From Atractiella rhizophila (taxonomy: Eukaryota): DNA of 64,000 bases. The stretch is from the NCBI GenBank assembly GCA_021432655.1, contig MU271231.1:62001-126000 (forward strand), written 5' to 3'. The position numbers and the translations under genes are program-made. Under the pieces are notes generated by a model. The model searched no databases. It saw only the letters and a program-made list of their open reading frames with translations, and was not told the origin of the DNA. Below are positions 23,384 to 36,102 of the stretch, one piece after another (within the stretch, counting starts at the first letter, position 1; each line of letters begins with the position of its first letter).

Positions 23384-24571
23384 CTTCGAGAGAGGACAAG
23401 GCTCGAAGGGTTTATCTCTTTTGCTTGTTATCACAGTTGAATGCAGATCTTCATTTTTGCTGAGTCCAGTGGTTGCGTATTAGGATGAACGAAACCTTGG
23501 ATGAGATGGTCTTTGCCATGGTGCGACCATGTAAGCGTGCATTCTAGGTATTAGTGAGGTCGCTTATCCCGGACTAGAGGGAGAGTTCGAAGTGGGAATA
23601 AACGTTTGGTGGGCAAACACCGAAGCGGCTTAGTGAAAAGGAACTAGGACAGCAGACTAGTGGTTTTGCAATGAAGAAAAAATGCGCTTTCAACACTATA
23701 ATTGACCCACAGTACACTAAGCAAGCACAGCGCGAGTGAGGAATCATATTTTCATCTAAACTTCCCCTTTTATAGTTTTTCTCCTCTCCAGCGCTCCACC
23801 TGGCTCCCCCTCAACGTCTGATCTCCTACATCCTTCCCCTAAGTCCTACATTGCCCCATTTCCTTGTATCTTGCCCAGATTTTCTATCTTGTTCAATCGC
23901 CATTGTCTTCTTATTTAAGGTTAAGATGGAGTTTCTATTGGTCCTTGTCTGTTTTTCCTTGTTCCGATTGAATTAAAAACATGGTTGCGGAGTTACACGT
24001 TGCATGGAAGTACGTAATTTGGTTGGTGTTGCAGTGAAATAGGCCACATGTCCGTTTTTGACGTACGGTTGTCACGTGATAGTATGTACGGACGGGACGG
24101 GGTACGTCATTAGCAAGCTTGTCCAAAGAACAATCAGGAACTTCAAAATCACACTTTTGAAGATTTCATGAGGACAAAGCGACTAAATTGATCCCTTTTT
24201 GATCCTATCCTAAGTAACTGTAAAGCGCAAAGAACTGCAACAGGCACCACAAACAGATACCTCTCAGTACTGAAGACCAAGGAATAAAAATGTAGACTTT
24301 AGGTGTGGACGATAGCTAAGAACAGACGTCACGGATTTGGTTTGTTTTTTTTTTCAACCGAAGCCAAAGGGGACCGTACGGATGAGAAACGAAGGAGGAT
24401 ATCGAATTAAGCAATAGTAGAAGGCATGATGGATGGAAGGATCGGTGGTTGATTCGTTGCGTATATCGATGGATGGATGGTTGTTTCACGAGTGAACAAA
24501 TGATGAAGCAAACAACAAGCAAAGCCCTTCGAAACAAAAAACAACGCAGTGATTCTCCCACACCTTTCATT

Positions 24572-26415
24572 TTATCCTTTAAGGATAGTTAGATCTATCT
24601 CGCCATCATGTTCCTTCTCTTTTGTGCCAATATCCGACGACGAGACGTCATGTAAGTCCTCGTCTTCCTTGTCAGGAAAAGTAGCGACGATGGGGGCGTC
24701 GACGAATGTTTCGGTTGGCGGCCAGAAATAAGAGAGTAGGGAATAGATGATGATGGTGAGGACGATACCCCAGAGCCAACCCACGAGGAATATCCATTCT
24801 ATCGATCCCACATCCACTGAATCGCATCGCATTCAATCAGCATTCGACAAAGACATTCACAACAGAGGGAAGAGACGCACACCATCAGGGTTGATCGATT
24901 GAATCAATCCAGGGAACGCGGGAGGTACGACGAGAAGAAGTGTAAGGCCAGCGCGCCAGTTAAATCCGCCCTGTCATTACCAACCTTTGCATCAGCCAAC
25001 CATTTCGTGTTTCCATCGAAAAATAGAAGGAAAGCGAACATAATATCTGTACCTTCCATGCGGATTGTAAATAGCTGGGACATCGACTTTCCACCTTCTC
25101 AAGATCCAAAAGTCGGCAATCATCAGTCCAGCAAATGGTCCCAGGAAGATCAGCCAAAACCAGAATGAGAGATGAAGGATGTGAAGGAAAAGAGGATACT
25201 CACCGTGTATCCGTTCATGAAGATCAAGAAATTCTTTCCAGTGCTCAAAATTTCCAAAGGAGCCATACACCATCCACCGATGAGCGCACAAATGATCGAT
25301 CCTCTCCTGATATTGATCCATATGGGGAACAGAGTCATCAGGTCTATCACGACGAATCACAAATAATGCACCAATTTCTACTCTTGCGAAAAAGGACACG
25401 CACCATTGGCACCACGAATCGTGTCACCAGTCACATTGACCGAGATCTGAGCAACTGCCCATGCGGCAGAAGCAAAGAAGACAGCAGCTCTGGAATCCCA
25501 CTTGGCAATAATGGTAAATGGGGACCAGAGATAAGTACCATAGACGTCGTGAGAACAAGAGGCACCAATGATACCGAAGAGGCCAGTGATGACATAGAAG
25601 AAAGGGAGGGTGACCAGCTGGAACCACTGCCAAAGTGGACGCTTGGTATAACCAGAGAAGTCGGGACTACATGGCGTCATGCTTGAGCTTCTTTCCCGCA
25701 GAGGAGTTGGGGAAAAGTACATGTTCACTGCTACAGTGGAGTAACCGCCGATGACGGAGTTGAGAGAGAACAACCAAGCGTGGGTGAACGCGGCGCCATG
25801 CACTTGAGACTTCGCAGCGAGTAGAGCTCCTCCTCCTCCTGCCTTGTCAGCGATCCAAGCAACGGTGGCTATCATGACGCTAACTTTCGGCCGTGAGCAC
25901 AGCAGTATACTTGTACAAGAGGAGATATGCTTACGCAGGCACAACCAGGACTTTAAGAATGAAGAGGAAGCGGAGTTTGGAGGGATGGATGAGGAGGAAG
26001 GGGTACTGTAAGAGCCAGAAGAGGAAGCTATATTCAAGAAGTGCCTTAGAATGTCTCTTTTAAATTTGATGAAAAGTAAGGTGCTAGGAAAGCAATTGCT
26101 GGCTCGTCACTCCTCCTCCCTTTGAGAGATGATTGGGAAAGTGAGCTACGAGGGCCAAATAGCTCGAATCAAGCCAGTGATTGCAGATCCACCTGTGGCG
26201 CCACATCAATCAAACTTGCAAGCATTGAATCAGAGAAACAGGGCGACATACCGTTCCAAGTGTTGATGCCGAACCAAAACCAGCTCAATATCAACCTCGA
26301 AACGACGGCAAAGAGTGAAAAGTAATATCCGAATGATATGCGAACGGTCATCGGGAAGGGAATGTGAAGGTAAGCGCCAATGGCACCATTGAGGCATTTT
26401 GTCAGTTATCCTCAC
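24572..26415 (-). CDS. NCS1 family nucleobase (uracil/allantoin-type) permease, multi-exon, N-terminus not found
   Basis: NGAIGAYLHIPFPMTVRISFGYYFSLFAVVSR, GGYSTVAVN/PDFS, GANDLMTLFPIWINIRRGSIICA, IFLGPFAGLMIADFW, FNWRAG. About 9 short introns. Confidence 0.88.
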
Positions 26416-26828
26416 TCCAAACAAACAAGGCACAATCTCAATTTCAAATGAAACGGTCTAAAGAAACAAGAATCTCCACGAACCCTCGTCTACTTCGCAA
26501 ACTCCCCTCCCAAACACGCCATCATAAAAATCTACGACTCGGCCACCAATGGAGGGGGGCATTAGGAATGCTGCAATTCACTGAGTTTGCATCCTATTGT
26601 ATTCTCTGTGCCATCCCATCCCAGGAGTCCCGCCATCTCCCACAAGCTGGCCTCTCGCCGCTTCCTTCTGGGTGCAGGTCAGAAGTGCTAACTGCTCTTT
26701 GCCCTGAAGCGCTGAGCAGCATCTGGGGTGAGCCTTCTGCCCTGTCCCTTTCTGTGCGGTCTGGCTTACGTGTGCCTCTCATGCCCTGCCTGGATCAGCT
26801 CATCTTTGTTATACAGCAATCCAGGCCC

Positions 26829-27866
26829 TCAAGCAAGCACGATCATTCCGAGCACCAACAGGCATACACCCCACCACTCCGTTCTCGTATACCAACTCAT
26901 TGTGACGCTGCCGAAGGAGCTACTTGCAAAGAGTCCGGCATGAGGATATTGCTTCAAACGAGCATGCCTCTCCTTCATAGATATCATATCACCTAAATAT
27001 GAGACTGAAACAGCCTTCCAGAGCTGACAGACGGCAGAAAGTCGCTGGAAGGAAACGAGATATTCATAAATAGATTCGGTAACCATATCGAATTGACTAA
27101 ATGAAAGGAAGTCAAAGATGAGAGAGAGAATCTCAGTAGGCAGCTTTGTGTGATCGTGCATAGACTGATCCCTGGAGTTTGAGTTCGGGAGAGCGAGAGT
27201 TGGATGGTGGTCCCCAGACCGGTGGATGGGATGATTGATTCCTCCCATTTGCTGAGGGGAATGAAGCACCACTCCTTAGACCACAGGGCAAATTGTTGGA
27301 AGACGAGCTGAGGGCGATTCTCTGCAAGATGAAACGTGCATGTGAAGGGCTTCAGAGACAGGTACTGAGAATCCACGGATGCATGGTGTTTGGTATCCCC
27401 AAAAGTTACCCCAATACTTTCCTCTTCCAAAGTGATGGAAAGGTTCATTGTGTCGTCGCATTCGAATGCATTTTCGAGACCTTCCAGAAAGAAGCAGGAC
27501 AATCTCGACAGCCCCATATTGAGAGCCCCAGAATTGAAGAGGTCAGACAACGTAATCTGGAGCATTTGAATCGATGCATGTAGGTGAGCAAGGAAAGAGG
27601 GAAGGATGAAGAGATGTTGCGGACCGCCAAGTCGCAGTGCTACTGGGGTGATGATATGGACCAGTGCGATGGACTCTTTTCCCTGATCATCCTCCCGTGA
27701 AATCAATGTTTCCTTCTCAATCTTTCCCAGAAGAGAAGATACACCGGACTGAAGCCCACGAATGCGTGTTAAACAAGACAAGAGAAGGGGGAGGAGCATA
27801 TCATGCCTGCAGCGCATCAGCGCGTTGTCCAGCCATCTCGACGTTCTCCGTACAATGATCAGACAT
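26829..27866 (-). pseudogene. Truncated F-box gene, paralog of 43524-45380
   Basis: Collinear with the N-terminal domain and F-box (KLPTEILSLIFDFL...FQRLSAVCQLWKAVSVSYL) of the 579-aa ORF. Frameshift near 27150. Similarity stops after YPHAG (about 26935). Confidence 0.82.
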
Positions 27867-28922
27867 CACAGTCGTGATGATGGAGATCGCAAAGCCGTTC
27901 GTGGGAGTGGATGGTTTGGCAGACCCTTTGCCTCTAGGGTCGGAGTGCGTCGGAGTTAAAACCGGTCGACCAGTTTTGCGCTTCAGTTTTATGCTTGGGG
28001 CGATGGGTCTGCTAGCAATGCGAAGATCTGATTGATTTCTTCTGTAGAAATTTCGTCCCGCCTACTTCTCCACTGTGTATCGTTGAACAATGAACGTTGG
28101 TCTTTGTCCACGACCGGCTTAGGCTTCCCCAAATACAACGCGAACGACGACGGGAGATGACACGATGCTTCTGGAGTCATAGTCATGGTTGAGAGTTCAG
28201 TGGCAAACACGCAGAACGTTACGATTTTCAATGTGGTGATTTTGAACACCTTTGATTTTTATGATAGCTTCCTCATCGCATCTCCACGAACCTCTGCATC
28301 TATGTAACAGTCAAGTTGCCTCCTCCTTAATGCTTGCCGTCTCAAAGGTTAAAAGTTGAACGGATTCTGCTGCGTTGTTGGTTGATCCCCCCCTATGTAT
28401 CTTCACCGCCATCCATTTCTGAATTCTGACCCAGACAAAACGCCATTCATCGTGTGGAAAGATGGACACGTATCAACCGAATGCAAGAATAAACACGATT
28501 CAACTGCATGCAAGCTCATCGCCATTACAACCCCCGCTAACTGTGGGCAGGTATTACGTTTGTCCCGTAAAGTAAATCTGCAACGCATGCCAAGGCATGC
28601 AATAGATTGTGAAAGGCAGGGGAAATGGAGGGAACATGTCTGCCCGAACCTACTTCCACTGACTTGAGTGAACAACGTGCACCAACAGAAATGTATTTTT
28701 TTGAGGAATGACTGAAAAGGGGCCTGGCAATGAATAACGGTTTGAGGACTGTTCTGAGGGATGGGTAGGCAAATTGATGCGTTAGCTCCGTTAGTTCCGT
28801 GGACCGTGGAAAGCAAAGGAATGGGAATTGTGACATAGTACGGAAGTTATTACTGTAATCAATTAGTGCATCCCCGAAGTTTGTAAAGAGGATCCAGCGC
28901 ACTCTATGATGATTTAGTGCAG

Positions 28923-31900
28923 TCACACTACACCAGCATCAGCCATGGACGCTTTGAATACCTCCCTGTAGAGCTCCTTTGCCTGCTTGAACGCCTTGAG
29001 AGCGTCCTCATTCCACCCACATTGAAAATAGATCTGCCCGACTCTGACGATGCAGTTTGCTTGACCCTGTCGATCTCCCACATCCATATACAGCTCCTTT
29101 GCCTCCTTGTATGCCTTGAGAGCGTCCTCGTTCCGCCCACATTGAAAATCGATCTCCCCGACGTAGGCAACACACTTGGCTTGACCCTGTCGATCTCCCA
29201 CTTCCACATAGAGCTTTTGCCTCCTTGAATGCCTTGAGAGCGTCCTCATTCCGCCCACATCGAAAATCGATCTTCCCGAATCTAAAGACACAGTTGGCTT
29301 GACCCTGTCGATCTCCCACATCCACATAGAACTTCTTAGCCCCCTTGTACGCCTTGAGAGCGTCCTCGTTCCCGCCATGGTCGCAAAAGCAATCGCCAAG
29401 CAACAGTGTCAGCAAACACTTCAGTCCTAACCAATCCGACTGTTTGTGGCTCGCAGAAAGTGGCACTTCGAGGGTCGTATCCATGACATACATCGCCTGC
29501 TGGAAGAGTGGAGTTGAGAGCCGGTGTTTCATGCGTAGGAAGCTAGATATGTTCGCCAAGCGCTGAAGGATTGGTAAAGGGTCTGGTAGCTTCAACATGC
29601 TTGTGAGAAGGACATGTTCAAGATTCGGATATTGTTCGTGGAAGACAAGCAGTGCATAATGATCCTTGCCGAATTCGAACTGTTTGATGTTTGTCTCGGC
29701 TTTTCCCATGAGATGGTTCACAAGCGGCAGGAGTGACGAAGGTGCAGTCATCGAAAATGGCAGTGTGGAACGAGAGACAAGGCTGTTGAGATATTCGCGA
29801 ATAGGAGCGAGCATACGTAGAGTACCTTTGATGTTATCGGCAAGTCCAATCTTCGAAATCACAGAAATGGCCTTGAAGATATCCTGAGATTCATAAGAGC
29901 TGGAAATGAGTGCTGACAGATCATGACCAGTTAGGCCGTCTGGCACCCATGAAAGTAGTGCAAGGGCAAAGACAGCACGCTCCCTCTGCTTCTTGAGAGC
30001 GGGAGAATGGAGGGAGAATGATATTGACGTTTTGAGCGTGATGGGGTCTTCGCTGTCTTCGTTCCAGAAAACTACTGTCTTTTTCTCCTTCCACTCGTCT
30101 ACCAGTTCTTCGAGTGTCATAGTTGAATCCCCGTGCGCACGGAGAGCGAATAGCTTGATGGATAGAGCGTGGAAGTCTAACCGTTCAACTAGCTGTTGGA
30201 CTACCCGTAGCGAGAACACGTCGTCGCTTTGATATGACCCCTCGAAGAGTGCGAGTGCGCCGTCTTTCGGCAGACCGCCAACTGAGATCTTGATGAACTT
30301 CACAGGCTCGTTCCCTTTCACGTCCAAAGGTTCCACTTTATCTCCACGATGGGCCACGACGAGTACCGACCCCGACTGAGTTGTTCGAGAGGAGTGTTCG
30401 GAAGAAGTGTTGTTTTTTGTTTTCGTCGGCACGCAAGGGAGTCTCAAAGTTATCTAAAACGAGAAGGCATTTTCGACTTCTGAAGTAATCTGCCACGATC
30501 TCTAGCGATGTTTTGCTAGACGTTTTTTCAATGCGAAGATGTCTTGGCAGATGTGGTCAGAAAGCCTGGTAAAAGTGTCAAAATTGTCGCAGCGAACCCA
30601 GAAGCAGAGATCTTGTCTAGTACCCCGTGTCAGATCTGTGAAGGACTGCTCAATCTCTTTGCAGTGCGCGGTGTCGAGTGCAACGGTGGATTTGCCGTTT
30701 CCAGCCCCACCCACAATCGCGACGTGGTGCCCATGAAGTATAGCTTCTCTAGCGCGATGGATCTCATCTTCCCGGCCAAAACAAGAGCCTGGCGGCGGTA
30801 ATGGCATCGGTCGACAAACTGCGATCCGTTCACTGCACACTACAAGAACATCTACACGGTAGCTACACGAGTGGTAAGAGAACATACCCTGCGCGAGATA
30901 TTCAGCAGCTTTACGCGCTTCGTGACCCATTACTTCTATATAGGCCTTGGTACGGCCTACGACGTCCTCCGTTCGCTCCCACTCCTCCCACTTGATTGGA
31001 CTGAAAAGCGGTGGTAGCAATGCCCTAGACCTCCATGCTGCATCCTCATCTTTAACTGATCCGCGACCTGGGAACAATCTTCGACGATGGCTTTACAGCG
31101 GCTTCAATCTCGCCTTTATCACGACCACACTTGACGACAGGAGCTAGACCTGACCCCAGAGAGACGAGACAGGCGACTTGGCTTCCTTCTCCCCAAATGC
31201 GCTTGGACTCGTCAATCGCCATTGCCTCCGGGTTATTGTTTCCGATGGCAACGTATTTCACTTTGTCGATGACGATAGGAGGAAAGAATTCAGGAGCAGA
31301 GGAAGTTGCTCTTGCTGCTTCCAACACTGTACATCGAGCAGCAGAATGAACTGCATTGCGGCCGTCGTACGTACGCATCACTGTGGAAACAACTGCGTCT
31401 GATTCGTACCTTGACACAACAAAAGTTCTGCATCTATCTCCGATTGCTGCATCCTTCATAGGAGGTTGAGAGGACGATACAGACGATGGAGCGTGTCGTG
31501 CAATGATCTCGTGGAGGATGACTTCGAGCGTCTTTGTAGAGTACGGGTGGCCTTCTTTCGAAAGTGCATCATCAGAAAAGACATTCCGCACGATCTGTTC
31601 GGATGCGCTGATGGATTGTCGAACTGTCATTCCCAACCGTCCGAGCATGAGGGCGATCCACCCTCCCGTGGCAGTGCCGCAGATGAGATGAAAACATCGC
31701 ACGGACGAAGTTCTTCCCCTTCGGGAACTTCGAGGAGATTTCCAACCTGGAGCATGATGACTTCGAGCATGTAAAGGGTGGAGAAGGTACAGATCCCTCC
31801 GTTGTCGATGGCAAGGATTCGGACTCCTTGTTCGTTCACCTTTTTGACGTTCTCCGGGACTTTGAATATTGTGGTAGTTTGAACATGGGAGGCGACCGAG

Positions 31901-32169
31901 GGTGAGAAAGCTATTGGAGTAGGCACTTCGAAAGAAATGGGCTCTGCGGTACGTGAGGCGGTGCGGAATTGTTGGAATGGGCCAGGTCGACGATGCAACT
32001 GCAGCACCGAGAAGGTTTGAACTTCCTCGCGTTCGACCGATGGAATTGTGTGGGATTTGTCCCTAAGCGGGTTATCATCGTCAGGCAAAATCCAGTGGTC
32101 ATCATGATCTTGATCGTTAGGGTGTGGCGAAGACGGCCTGAGCATCTTTGCAAAGGTTGAGGTATCCAT
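28923..32169 (-). pseudogene. NLR-like gene 2: patatin-like domain + STAND (NB-ARC-like) NTPase + TPR repeats (frameshifted as assembled; may be intact)
   Basis: RILAIDNGG, LICGTATGG, AARATSSAPEFF, IGNNNP, VSLGSG. Intron at the same position as NLR 1 (about 30835-30882). FGREDEI, Walker A GGAGNGKST, FWVRCD, Walker B LLVLDNFETP, then about 3.5-4 TPR units. About six small indels, mostly in homopolymer runs; no nonsense substitution found. Confidence 0.9.
28960..29380 (-). repeat. Tandem 120-bp TPR-coding units of NLR 2
   Basis: GCCTTGAGAGCGTCCTC recurs with spacing 120, 118 and 120 bp. Consensus GDRQGQANCVxxxGxIDFQCGRNEDALKAYKEAKELY. Confidence 0.95.
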
Positions 32170-32787
32170 CGAGCTGACAAAAGATGATAGATGGCGCCGG
32201 CGCCAATGATTGGACGATAGCTGGTGCTGATTTGTTGAACAGGAGAAGACACTAAGAAATGGAAGTCAGATTTATGCGGTAGATGCCATTAGCAAGCAGG
32301 AGAACCAGTGAAACGATCGCATCTGAAATTGTGCGAATTGATATCGGAGACAGCAGAAGACAAGAGGAATACAATGGAGGCGATGTGAGATACCCAGCTT
32401 ACCACTGTGAAGAGTGGCTACGTCCGGGAGAATATCCGGACGGTACGTGACCCCATCCCGGCCCGTATCATACCGCACTCTGTTTTCAAATTTTGTTTTC
32501 AAACTTTCGATTCCGGCAAAAAACGGCACGATACGACGGACAACGGCCATAGTGCAAAGTCGTGCAAAGCTAACTTTCTTCGCTGAAAATTACTCGCCAA
32601 TAGCACTGATCTTGCCCAATTGGCCTTTTTGACTTGTATGAAATACAAACTTGGTTGACACTTGGCGACGCCGGTCACTACAGGTGATAAAGGAAAATCC
32701 GCTCAATAGTTGAGGTAAGATCACGTGATAGAGACAAAATTTCTGACCACGATTCACGTAGTTTGCCACGTTTGCTCATCTTGCCAA

Positions 32788-32950
32788 ACGTTTCTAAACT
32801 CGATTCATGCAGTTTGACACGTTTCCTCAACGTTTCAGAACTCGATGCATGCAGTTTGATACGTTTCCTCAACGTTTCAGACTGAAAACGATTCTGACGT
32901 GAACGGGAACGAAGTACGGGTTCCGGACCCGTCTCGCCGGGTTGTGCGGC
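32788..32950. repeat. 42-bp tandem duplication plus remnant of a DNA-transposon end
   Basis: AACTCGAT.CATGCAGTTTGA.ACGTTTCCTCAACGTTTCAG occurs twice. GGGAACGAA.TACGGGTTCCGGACCC (32905-32930) recurs at 63808-63833, just inside a hAT-like TIR. Confidence 0.6.
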
Positions 32951-35900
32951 ACAACCAACATGACTCCCGTACGGAAGCAAATCATTTATCCGGATTGGAG
33001 TCAATAGCGAGTCATGCTGGGTGAGAGAACCACGCCTCCTTCGCTTTTTTGTCACTGTCTGAAAACAAGGACTTCGGCTCAGAAGAAACTGGCCAGCCAA
33101 GAAACTTAGCTTCGACGCTGTGTAGTTCCTCAAACCGAGGATGGAAGGTGCGGCACTCTTTACAACCACACATCAGTCTTCAGCTGAACTGCACGGATAG
33201 AAATCCCACTATTCACCTTTGCTGTGTTAGATTGCGACTCATTAACTTCAACGTTAACCAGCATACGGTCGAACGCATGCAACGAGGTCGACAAGCGAAG
33301 TTTAGAGTAAACTCAACTCAGGCATGTCGGCAAGACGCTCAACGTTGCAGCATAGAAGAGACAAAGGGGCTAAAGTGGACGACATATTATCCAAGTGCCC
33401 AAGAAGCATACCTAATAAGTGCCGATCGCCCGATTTGCACTTTCGCGCGATTTCTTCTGCGCAGACAAAAAGAGATCCTGGTCACGACTCAGATTTACCG
33501 ACATTTGAGCCAGAAGCAATATTTGCGGACCGAAACAATGTCCCACCTCTTCATCGATTTGCAACTCCGCGATCAGGCATGTAGGAAATCAGTAGATCAG
33601 TGAGTTACAAATCGTAACGTAGCTGTGTCAAGAGGTGATGACGCTAAGTCACAAGACCAACATGCCAGAAGGATGCTATTAGAAGTAACACCCTCACCAC
33701 GAGAAGAATCCCGTGAAATCGATCACCCTTTTGCTGCTTGTCACTTCCAGCTGTATCGACAAAATGGCATCAACCTCTATGAAAACAGACTTCAGTCAAT
33801 GTTCAGGCAGTTCTGTCAATAGTCAGTCACTGTGCGATCAAATTCAGTCGCCCAAAACTGACTGAAAATTCCACAGTGCAATGTCAGTTGTTCTTCAGTG
33901 CTCATTTACCCTAGGAATAGGAGGGCGGTCGCATTAACATACTTCATCTGATATTTTACAGAGACAAGTTCAAGTGACACGTCTTGCTCGCGCGCCTTCC
34001 CCTTTCTGCCAATCTTCCGACTCCTCTTGTCGCTCCGTCACTCCAGCTTCAGATGTTCCGTCCCTCCTCCTCCCACTGTTCACAGAAGATGGAAAGCCGG
34101 AGCGGATCGAGTCGTTATCGAAAAGAGCGGAGAAGAGATGGAAGCGGTAGCTGGCGCTGGTGAGTGGTTTGTTGATTTGCTGTTGCAGGGAGAGTGACCT
34201 GTTAAGGAGATGCAAGATTGGTCTTGACCTTTGCTAACAGCGGTCGTGGAGGAGTTTTTAAAATGGGCCATGGCGAGTGTTTTGGATGCTTTTTTATCTG
34301 CTGCCAGCTGGCCAGCTGGCGTTGTTTTCCTCATTCTCATTCTCATTCCAAGAGAAAACTTGATGATGACGACACAACCGAAATGCACATTGCGTCACTT
34401 CCTGCAGGACCCCAGAATATCCGCTCAGAGCTCAGATCTGATTGTGTCCATTCTGAGTCAAAATTCCTTGGAGCTTAGGTTGTTTTGAGTCCAAAATGGA
34501 GTTTTTGGATGTCGTATCTTCGATGAGAATGTGTCCAAAATGGCCTTGTCTTCCGAGGTCCGATTGTCCAAATGAGGTAATCTCATCAAGTCCATGCAAT
34601 ATTTCGTGCAGTTACACTCCCAAATATTGTTCTCGCCATCTCCTTTGGCCATCACAGGTTTTGGGGTAGATTTAGAGCAGTTGGAAGGACTCAATGGCAC
34701 AGAATTATGGGACTCACGTGCGTATGTCAACTTCATTCTCCTTCCACGACGACCTGGATATTTCCTCACTATTTTTCCTTACTAATTTACGGCAGTACCT
34801 CTTTAATATGTCTTCAAAACGTTCCTACAACTATGACGAGTCTGATGACGATATACGAGGTGCTTTTATGTCCTGGTCAGATAATGAAGGGTATGGGGAC
34901 TTGTCCGTTCAGGATATTCATGAAGCCTGTCCATCCTTTCTTCCACAGTCCTTCTAATGATATCCATCTGATGAATCTATGGCCAGAGTCTGATGTTGAC
35001 CCATATGAACACCTTACAATGCTCCTTCCTTCAACTGGTCTATCACGGCATACGCAGAGGCGTGATGTTTCTCGTACACCTTCCTCCCGACCTTCAGTCC
35101 TCCACAAAGTCGAAAGCCCTTCTCTGAGCTTTCTGAACGAGACTGGCTGAAAATTCAACAGGCGGATGAACATGCTTTGATGAAGTCAGGAAACTCTGTT
35201 TACCTTGGGTTGAAAAAGAGGTTGAAAGGCTCAGAAGCCTTAATGAGTCCCTTCAGTGTGTTTTCCTTGCTTTTATCCTGCAGGCCATAAGGCCACAAGT
35301 GTTACTTAGGTTGGCTGTGTGCAATCTTTCTTCGAGTGTCATGCCAGCAAACAAACCTCAATCTGCTCCTACCCAGTCTACCAGCTCTCAACAGTATATC
35401 ATACCCTAGGAATAGGAATATGAACAGTATACCCTTCCCCGGCCAGCTCAGAAAAGGCCATCTCACAGTCTCCTGTTCACTCGTGAGGAGTTCAAGAAGT
35501 TGAGATCACAGTTTCAGAAACTTTCTGCTGAGCGCAGAGCCGGGAAGAAGTACGAGTGGTTGAGGGATTTCAATGGTGTGGAAGTTCCTCAACGTGTGAT
35601 GGACATCAAACGAGAAGCTTGCGAGATTCTAGATGCCATGTATGATGGACCTTTGCATCAACGGAAGACATGGCATCAGATTCTCCATTCTCATTGCATC
35701 TGAGGTGTTGCTGTGCTCGAAAGCAAGTTTCCTCAGCTAACGCAGTGTCAAGGACACGCCATGGCAGATCACATCCTCACTGAATGCAGACATCGATAAT
35801 TAGAACGTTACAGAGCTGGTGATAGTCGTCGCCAGAAGCGACTGAAGGTCGAGGAAGATGCGGGGAAGGTACTTGGAGAAGAAGGATCCCTCTCTCCACC

Positions 35901-36102
35901 AGCTCTGTCTTTGACTCAGCATTTAACTCCGTCTGCGACAGGAAAGGAGCGAAGAGCAGAGAATCGAAGTTATGCAAAGAAGAATGCAAGCTCTATTTCA
36001 GGATCAAAGCCCGTATTCTTTTCCTTTTACTTTTCACGAAGATAGACTGAGCAGCTTCACCAATATTCCGATCCACCCTTCGTTGCAGAGTTCAGGATAC
36101 CC

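Noticed and set aside
31830..32169. NLR N-terminal extensions as amyloid signalling motifs
   Set aside because: Pro/Ser/Thr/Asp-rich disordered sequence with no G/N/Q-rich pseudo-repeats, and not conserved between the paralogs.
24082..32473. Inverted motifs at about 24082-24107 and 32445-32473 as ends of one composite transposon carrying NCS1, F-box and NLR 2
   Set aside because: Short imperfect match with no TSD; the surrounding repeat-like sequence lies outside the block, fitting two independent MITE remnants.
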